A DNA stretch of 64,000 bases from contig RDNZ01000009.1 of the NCBI GenBank assembly GCA_011364905.1, positions 1 through 64,000 of the forward strand, in the 5' to 3' direction. The position numbers and the translations under genes are program-made. This document shows, in pieces, positions 57,901 to 64,000 of this stretch. Source of the stretch: Candidatus Thorarchaeota archaeon (GTDB taxonomy: Archaea; Asgardarchaeota; Thorarchaeia; Thorarchaeales; Thorarchaeaceae). The notes beneath the pieces are model-generated. The model saw only the letters and a list, made by a program, of their open reading frames with translations. It was not told the origin of the DNA and searched no databases. Position 1 is the stretch's first letter; each line of letters opens with the position of its first letter.

Positions 57901-58668
57901 ATGAACCGTTTGTCTCACATGGTGTTTGGGTTCTCTCTCTTTGTTGGACTCTATTCTTTGATTTATGGGTACAGTGTATGGTCCTCCGAACCGGGAACAG
58001 TTTCTGAGCTGCTACAATTCTATATTATTGGCGGGATTGTAACAAGTGTGGTATGTGTTCCTATTCTGTATCTGAAGGCTCCTAATAGACACATGAAGGC
58101 ACGGACTACTAGTAACAAAGGTGCGGCTGGTGCGTTATTCTTTGTTACATTTTGCCTTGGTTCATTGGTAGGTACTCTTGTTTATCAGTGGTATAGCGGC
58201 GTGGTGATTATTGGTAACATCTCCATTTTTGTTGGTGCAATTCTGGTAGTTGCTGGTGCGCTAATGCCCGATTGGGACATTCCTTTTCTTGGCATTGGCA
58301 AACATCGGAATATTATCTTTCATTCATTCATTATCCCATCACTAGCTGTCGTCCTAACCATGCTCAATGTGGCTGCTAGAACTGGGTCGATTCTGGGTGA
58401 TGGCGCAGAGGTTGAGTATTATCTCACTGCACTGATTCTCCTCGGATACGCATCCCATCTCTATCTCGACATCTTCCCAAGCGATGCGAATCCACTCGAA
58501 ATTCTATGGATAGCTTCGGATCCCAACCACAAGGCTCCGACAGGACTAAAGCCTCTTGGTCAGCTAAGAATCAGTCCGAAGAAAGCTCGACATTGGTTGG
58601 CAGGAAATGCATCTCTCCTATTAATAATAGCAATCTCTCTATTCGCGGCCTACTTTGTCAATCTATGA
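57901..58668 (+). CDS. Membrane-bound metal-dependent hydrolase (YdjM-like)
   Basis: SH..FG, PDWD, HR..FHS, SHL.LD in a multi-TM protein. Confidence 0.75.
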   Translation: MNRLSHMVFGFSLFVGLYSLIYGYSVWSSEPGTVSELLQFYIIGGIVTSVVCVPILYLKAPNRHMKARTTSNKGAAGALFFVTFCLGSLVGTLVYQWYSGVVIIGNISIFVGAILVVAGALMPDWDIPFLGIGKHRNIIFHSFIIPSLAVVLTMLNVAARTGSILGDGAEVEYYLTALILLGYASHLYLDIFPSDANPLEILWIASDPNHKAPTGLKPLGQLRISPKKARHWLAGNASLLLIIAISLFAAYFVNL

Positions 58669-58705
58669 ATCATCTTTCCCATAAGCAATTGACTAGTGCT
58701 TTCCT

Positions 58706-59023
58706 CTACCAGTCGTCATCCTCGTCATCGAAATCGAAGTCCTCATCATCTTCGTCATCTTCATCCATGTCTCGTTCAGGTGGAAGATCACTGAGGTCCT
58801 CATCCTCCTCATCATCTTCAAACAGGAAGGTGTCTGGGTCGACTTCGGTTTCCTCTTCCTCTCCTTCTTCAAGAGGTTTCTGTGGTTTTGCCTTCTTCTT
58901 CAGAGGGAGCGCTAAACAAATGTTTTCGACGGGATCAAACCATTCGCATTCAGGACAACATTCGCCCTTCGATGTGCATGTTAGGAATGCACCACATCTC
59001 TTGCAGCATTTTAGTTCAGACAC
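58706..59023 (-). CDS. Small Cys-rich protein with acidic tail
   Basis: CKRC..C....CCPEC...C, then D/E-rich. Confidence 0.65.
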   Translation of the reverse strand: MSELKCCKRCGAFLTCTSKGECCPECEWFDPVENICLALPLKKKAKPQKPLEEGEEEETEVDPDTFLFEDDEEDEDLSDLPPERDMDEDDEDDEDFDFDDEDDDW

Positions 59024-59158
59024 GATTCATGCACCTAAGTGCTCTCTCTACCATATGATTCCTCAAATTTCCCAAATAAACTTCTCCGTGTTGCACTAAA
59101 TCGTACATGATGAATAGCAACTTGATATATCCAGTCAAAGTTAAATGACACTTCAAGA

Positions 59159-60919
59159 TTGACCATGCTGGAGTTGTTTCAATTGGATGATTTGGAGCAA
59201 GAAGTCCGTAAGACTGTGCTTGACAACGCAGTGAAGTATGAAGGGAAACCAAATGTGAATTCTGTAATGAGCGCGCTTTTGGGTTCTCGAGCCGATTTGA
59301 GATCTCGTGCAGGAGAGGTCAAGCGTCTTACTCAGAAGTATGTTGATGAAATCTCCAAACTGTCTTTAGAAGAGCAAATCTCCCTACTGAAACAGATCGC
59401 CCCGGAGCTTCTTGAGCAGTCTGTTCAAGTTGAATCAGATGAAGACAAAGAGCCTCCAGAACTTCCCAACGTTGACAAGTGGAAAAAAATCGTCATGCGA
59501 CTAGCACCATTTCCCTCAGGACCACTTCATGTTGGGAATGCACGGATGGTCATTTTGAATGACTACTATGTGAAGAGATACAAAGGTGAGCTCATACTGG
59601 TCTTTGATGACACAATTGGTTCCTCTGAGAAGATTGTTGAAACTGAGGCATTCGATCTGATTCCTGACGGTTTGAAATATCTGGGCGTAGAGTGGCATAA
59701 GACGGTTTACAAATCCGATAGGCTGGATTTATTTTACAAATACGCTGTTGACCTCATCAAGAGGAAAGAGGCATATGTATGCGATTGCGATGCCAAAGTT
59801 TGGCGGAAAGAACACAAAATCAAAGGCATTCCATGTGCGTGTCGGTTTCTGAGCGTAGAGGAAAATCTGGCTCGATGGGAGAAAATGCTTGATGGTACCT
59901 ATCCTGAGAGGGCCGCCGCTGTCCGACTCAAAACAGGGATGGATAATCCCGATCCTGCCATGCGAGATCATGTGATACTTCGGATTTCAGAAACTGAGCA
60001 TCCTCGAGTTGGGACAAAATATCGAGTTTGGCCATTGCTAGAGTATTCTTGGGGTATCGATGATCATGAACTTGGCATCTCTCACATAATTCGCGGGAAA
60101 GATCTTGTTAAGGAAGGCAAGATAGAGCAGCATATCTGGAATATCTATGGCTGGCAGCATCCCGAGCTTCTCTACTATGGACGCCTAAAGTTTCAAGATG
60201 CCACATTGAGCAAGAGTAAATCCAGCAAGGAGGTTCGTGAGGGGATATACACTGGATGGGAGGATCCCAGGACATGGAGCCTTCAGTCCCTTGAAAGAAG
60301 AGGCATTGATCCACGAGCCATAAGAAAGGTAATGCTTGACTTAGGCCTGAGTCTCGTTGATATCTCAATTTCGATGAAATCAGTGTACTCTGAGAACAGG
60401 AAACTGAGGGATGCAGAAGCTCCTCGCGTGTTTTTTGTAGAGGACCCAATATGGGCTAAGGCTGAACAGATTCCATCGAATCTATCTGTTGCGGATGTCC
60501 CAGTTCACCCAGACTTTCCTGAACAGGGAGTTCGCAGAATCGCTATTGGAATCACCAATGGGAGTGCTGTGATTGGATTGTCTCAAGACGACCTTGGCCA
60601 GATGAAGAAAGATACACTATTTCGATTGAAGGACTTTGCCAATTTCACGCTTGAGAAGGCAAAACCACCGACGATAAAGATGCATAGCAAGGATGTGGAA
60701 GAGGTTCGGAAGATCAATGGTCCAATCATCCATTGGATTCCTCGATTAAACAGTGTTCCAGTTGAGCTTACATTGATTGATGGCTCAATTGCCCATGGTT
60801 TTGGAGAGCCCGGAATCAAGGATTTGGCATCTGGAACATTTGTCCAGTTTGAGAGGGTGGGGTTTGCCAGATTGAATGAAGTTGGAGCGACTATTAGAGC
60901 TGCTTTTGCTCACAAGTGA
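59159..60919 (+). CDS. gltX: Glutamate--tRNA ligase (archaeal type)
   Basis: RLAPFPSGPLHVGN, FDDT, IIRGKD, LSKS, WEDPR..L, QFERVGF. Confidence 0.96.
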   Translation: MTMLELFQLDDLEQEVRKTVLDNAVKYEGKPNVNSVMSALLGSRADLRSRAGEVKRLTQKYVDEISKLSLEEQISLLKQIAPELLEQSVQVESDEDKEPPELPNVDKWKKIVMRLAPFPSGPLHVGNARMVILNDYYVKRYKGELILVFDDTIGSSEKIVETEAFDLIPDGLKYLGVEWHKTVYKSDRLDLFYKYAVDLIKRKEAYVCDCDAKVWRKEHKIKGIPCACRFLSVEENLARWEKMLDGTYPERAAAVRLKTGMDNPDPAMRDHVILRISETEHPRVGTKYRVWPLLEYSWGIDDHELGISHIIRGKDLVKEGKIEQHIWNIYGWQHPELLYYGRLKFQDATLSKSKSSKEVREGIYTGWEDPRTWSLQSLERRGIDPRAIRKVMLDLGLSLVDISISMKSVYSENRKLRDAEAPRVFFVEDPIWAKAEQIPSNLSVADVPVHPDFPEQGVRRIAIGITNGSAVIGLSQDDLGQMKKDTLFRLKDFANFTLEKAKPPTIKMHSKDVEEVRKINGPIIHWIPRLNSVPVELTLIDGSIAHGFGEPGIKDLASGTFVQFERVGFARLNEVGATIRAAFAHK

Positions 60920-60972
60920 CATGCCAAAGAGGCCAAATACTGTTTTGCACCTTTTTTTAATAGTGGTTCAAA

Positions 60973-61719
60973 ATGGCGAAGAAAAAAAGCAAGAGGAAAA
61001 GTACGCTTTCACCATCCAAGTTCAAGGTTACAGGCGCTCAAGCGAAACTATCAGTTGATAGTAAGAAAGAGAAACTTTACTACTTTGGAACAAAGGTGGA
61101 ATCCGAAAAAGCTGAGGAAGTAGCAGGGTCTGAAGGAGCTGACATTCTCGGAGTAGCTCGGGGCGATGTAAAGGTCGGCAAGCCATCTATCAAGTATGAC
61201 TTCTATAGTATATACGATGCTGAGCTCAACGTATCTTTTCTACGTATGCAGTCCCAAGAAATCGGCGTCACAGAGGGCGTGAAAGGGGCATTAATCGGAA
61301 GGGATGTATACACTTCAAAGAAGAAAGGAAGCTTCTATTCTATCAAGTTTGATATGGTTGAGCTTTTTGAAATTACAAGAAATGATGGGATGACCCTTGA
61401 TGGAAGGACTGGTGGACCTGCACATACCATCGAGAAACTCCTTAAAAAACCTGGAAAGAAAAAGGCAACTCCCGCATGGATTAAGAAGAACAAGATCTCG
61501 TCAGGAAAATTCAACAGTATTGAGAAAGTTATCAAAGCTGTTTCCAAGATGGCGGGACAGAAACCATCTGGAGCAAAGCGTATCACATCGCACACCTTGG
61601 CTTTCAAAAAACTAGAGGGGTATTATGTGCCTGTTTACTATGTGCGTGTTAGAGCTGGGGATAAATCACAGACACTCAAGATAAATGCTATCGACGGGTC
61701 CGTTTCAATAGCTGTATAG
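60973..61719 (+). CDS. Lys-rich hypothetical protein
   Basis: 248-aa basic ORF; YVPVY...INAIDG C-terminal motif. Confidence 0.7.
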   Translation: MAKKKSKRKSTLSPSKFKVTGAQAKLSVDSKKEKLYYFGTKVESEKAEEVAGSEGADILGVARGDVKVGKPSIKYDFYSIYDAELNVSFLRMQSQEIGVTEGVKGALIGRDVYTSKKKGSFYSIKFDMVELFEITRNDGMTLDGRTGGPAHTIEKLLKKPGKKKATPAWIKKNKISSGKFNSIEKVIKAVSKMAGQKPSGAKRITSHTLAFKKLEGYYVPVYYVRVRAGDKSQTLKINAIDGSVSIAV

Positions 61720-61729
61720 GCAGTTTCTT

Positions 61730-63310
61730 CTAGTCACTGGCTGGAGGTCCCCAACCTCCTCCTCCAGGCGTTTCAATTCGGACAATCGCTCCGTTAGGCG
61801 CTAAGACAGTTGATTTTGCCTCAAGAGCATGAACCTTGCCTTCGTAGACTAATGCGTTTCTGCCTGATTCTCCATTGCCACCACCATTGAGACCCCATGG
61901 CTGTGACCGCCTTCGTTCTGATTGGATGGAGATTGTGCATCCCTCTCCACGAATCTCTATCTCTCTGATTATTCCATCTCCACCTCTCCATTGGCCATCA
62001 CCTCCGGTTCCCTTTCGAATGGAATATGCATGGACCATTAGTGGATATTCTGTTTCAAGCGATTCGATGGGAGTGTTCAGCGTATTCGTCATATGAGTGT
62101 GGATTCCGCTTGCTCCTTCATTTCCTTTTGATGCCCCAGATCCTCCGCCAATTGTTTCGTAGAAGGAGAAGGCTTTGCCTATTCGTGGGTCAATCCCTCC
62201 AATGGTCAAGTTGTTCATTGTGCCTTGACTTGCAGCAGGCACTAAGTTAGGAGCAATCTCTGAGAATGCTCCCAAAGTGACATCCACAATTCTCTGAGAG
62301 GTTTCCACGTTTCCTGCAGATACAGCTGCAGGATACATCGGATTGAGCAACGAGCCCTCTGGGATTTTGACCTCTATGACACTCCAACAACCCTCATTGA
62401 CAGGAATGTCTTTCCCAAAGAGCGCGATAAAGACGTAATAGACGGATGATAGTGTAGAAGCGATTGGGCAATTAACATTTCCATTTACCTGTTCAGATGT
62501 CCCTTGAAAGTCAACTATTGCGCCTGCATTTGAAATAGTTAGACTGACTGATATTGGAATTTCCCAATTTCCAGCTCCATCACTATCAAGGGTGTCAGAA
62601 AAACTGGCTGTTTGCCCCTTGTACTTAGCTAACGCATTTCTCATTCTATTTGCAGAATAGTCTTGAAGCTCCTGAAATGTTCTAATCAAATCTGGCCATT
62701 GGTGTATATTTCCGACTTCTCTCAGTCGTGCTATTCCAACGTGATTCGCAGCAATTTGAGCTGAAAGGTCTCCGATTCTTTCATCCGGTGTGAGTGTGCC
62801 TGAAAGGATGTCTGTGATGGCATGTTTCTGCAAGTTGTCATTCTCTACAATAATGCGCGGCTTAATTATGACACCCTCTTCATGGATCGAGGTTGACAGA
62901 CCTGGCATGGATCCTGGACTTACTCCGCCTATGTCTGCGTGATGAGCACGGTTTGCTGTGAATGCAACTCTTTCCCCCTCCACAAAAACCGGAGCCACCA
63001 GAGTCAAGTCTGGAAGATGTGAACCACCGGAGTATGGATCGTTCAATAAGGCCATTGTTCCTTCCTCAAGATTCCTGTCGAGCGCTCTGATACAAGACTT
63101 GACAGACAATGGCATTGCCCCAAGATGAACAGGGATGTCCTTTGACTGCGCAATGAGGTGACCATCTTTGTCAAATAATGCGCAACTGCAATCACGACGT
63201 TCCTTGATATTGGGACTAAACGCAGTTCTTCGAAGGGCTTGGCTCATCTCGCGTGCACAGGATATGAGTGCATTCTTAATTACCTCAAAGGAGATTGGGT
63301 CCTCAATCAC
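61730..63310 (-). CDS. hyuB: Hydantoinase B / 5-oxoprolinase family protein
   Basis: TAFSPNIKERRDCSCA, PVHLG, NDPY.GGSHLPD, HHADIGG, TPGGGGWG. Confidence 0.95.
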   Translation of the reverse strand: MIEDPISFEVIKNALISCAREMSQALRRTAFSPNIKERRDCSCALFDKDGHLIAQSKDIPVHLGAMPLSVKSCIRALDRNLEEGTMALLNDPYSGGSHLPDLTLVAPVFVEGERVAFTANRAHHADIGGVSPGSMPGLSTSIHEEGVIIKPRIIVENDNLQKHAITDILSGTLTPDERIGDLSAQIAANHVGIARLREVGNIHQWPDLIRTFQELQDYSANRMRNALAKYKGQTASFSDTLDSDGAGNWEIPISVSLTISNAGAIVDFQGTSEQVNGNVNCPIASTLSSVYYVFIALFGKDIPVNEGCWSVIEVKIPEGSLLNPMYPAAVSAGNVETSQRIVDVTLGAFSEIAPNLVPAASQGTMNNLTIGGIDPRIGKAFSFYETIGGGSGASKGNEGASGIHTHMTNTLNTPIESLETEYPLMVHAYSIRKGTGGDGQWRGGDGIIREIEIRGEGCTISIQSERRRSQPWGLNGGGNGESGRNALVYEGKVHALEAKSTVLAPNGAIVRIETPGGGGWGPPASD

Positions 63311-63999
63311 CTTTCATCCCTCCTAAGCCAAAGGACACCATCATTCTCTTGAGTGGCGTTCCAATCCGGAGTGACATATGTGGTTGTGTCAAGCTGTTCG
63401 ATTATTGCTGGTCCCACGATTTCTTGCTTTGCCGCAAGGTCCCAACGTCTATAGACATCAGCCATCATCCATGTTCCATCTGCTAGCAGGACTCTCCTTT
63501 GACCTATGGGTTCAGATGTTACATTCACTCTGTGCTTGATTGGTCTGAATTCACCAGATTCGGACTTGGCGACCACTCGTGCTGTGACCCATTCTATTTC
63601 TCGATTACTCATTATATATCCAAATGATTCATGGTGGGCTCTCTCAAACTCACTCTTTGATCTCTCAACTATGTTCGTTCCTTCTTCGGGAATGTCGATA
63701 TTCAATTCATGGGACTGGCCCACATACCTCATGTCGATTTTCCACTTTAGTCGAATCTCCTTCCTTGAGGCTCCTTGCCTGATTAACCGTTCTGCGGCCT
63801 CATTCTCAAGGGCTGAAAACGTGGACAGAAGGGTCTCTTCATTCCTAGCATCATCAACCAGCAAGACTGTCTTCATGACGTCAACACGAAGGTCAGTGCA
63901 AACAAGTCCAAGAGCAGATGTGATGCCGGGATAGGGTGGTACTAGGACCTCGTTAATACCAAGCGCCTCAGCGATGTCGATGGCTTGAGTGGGGCCTGC
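63307..63999 (-). CDS. hyuA: Hydantoinase A / 5-oxoprolinase family protein; 5'-truncated at the window end
   Basis: Frame open to the window end: AGP....IAEALGI.EVLVP..PG..SALG, DMRYVGQSHEL, GPAIIEQ.DTT. Confidence 0.92.
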   Translation of the reverse strand, partial: AGPTQAIDIAEALGINEVLVPPYPGITSALGLVCTDLRVDVMKTVLLVDDARNEETLLSTFSALENEAAERLIRQGASRKEIRLKWKIDMRYVGQSHELNIDIPEEGTNIVERSKSEFERAHHESFGYIMSNREIEWVTARVVAKSESGEFRPIKHRVNVTSEPIGQRRVLLADGTWMMADVYRRWDLAAKQEIVGPAIIEQLDTTTYVTPDWNATQENDGVLWLRRDER

Positions 64000-64000
64000 A

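Overview
A gene-dense archaeal chromosomal segment. Eukaryotic-signature genes (Snf7/ESCRT-III, a Vps22/ESCRT-II domain, a longin-fused small GTPase, a presenilin-like protease, eS25) together with archaeal housekeeping genes (gltX, AlaX, tungsten AOR, PGI/PMI) indicate an Asgard archaeon. Thorarchaeota is likely, but that assignment is inference. About 63 CDSs can be supported, two of them truncated at the window ends. I found no rRNA, complete tRNA, CRISPR array or transposase. Main observations: (1) two tandem genes each fuse a DapA-family class I aldolase to a formaldehyde-activating enzyme (Fae)-like domain, and the two Fae domains are degenerate in complementary ways. (2) A chlI/chlD-type AAA+/VWA pair is joined by a -1 shift at an A9 run, and the shifted frame adds two transmembrane helices. 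(3) Three related intergenic stem-loop elements each have a TATA-like box and pyrimidine tail, making them a candidate small-RNA family. (4) The eS25 gene needs a non-AUG start and carries a histone-H1-like repeat tail. (5) A longin/GTPase operon lies divergent from a giant Vps22-domain fusion. (6) Two small genes are missed by the ORF track: a face-to-face-type histone and an AbrB-like protein. All family assignments come from motif recognition by eye, not database searches.
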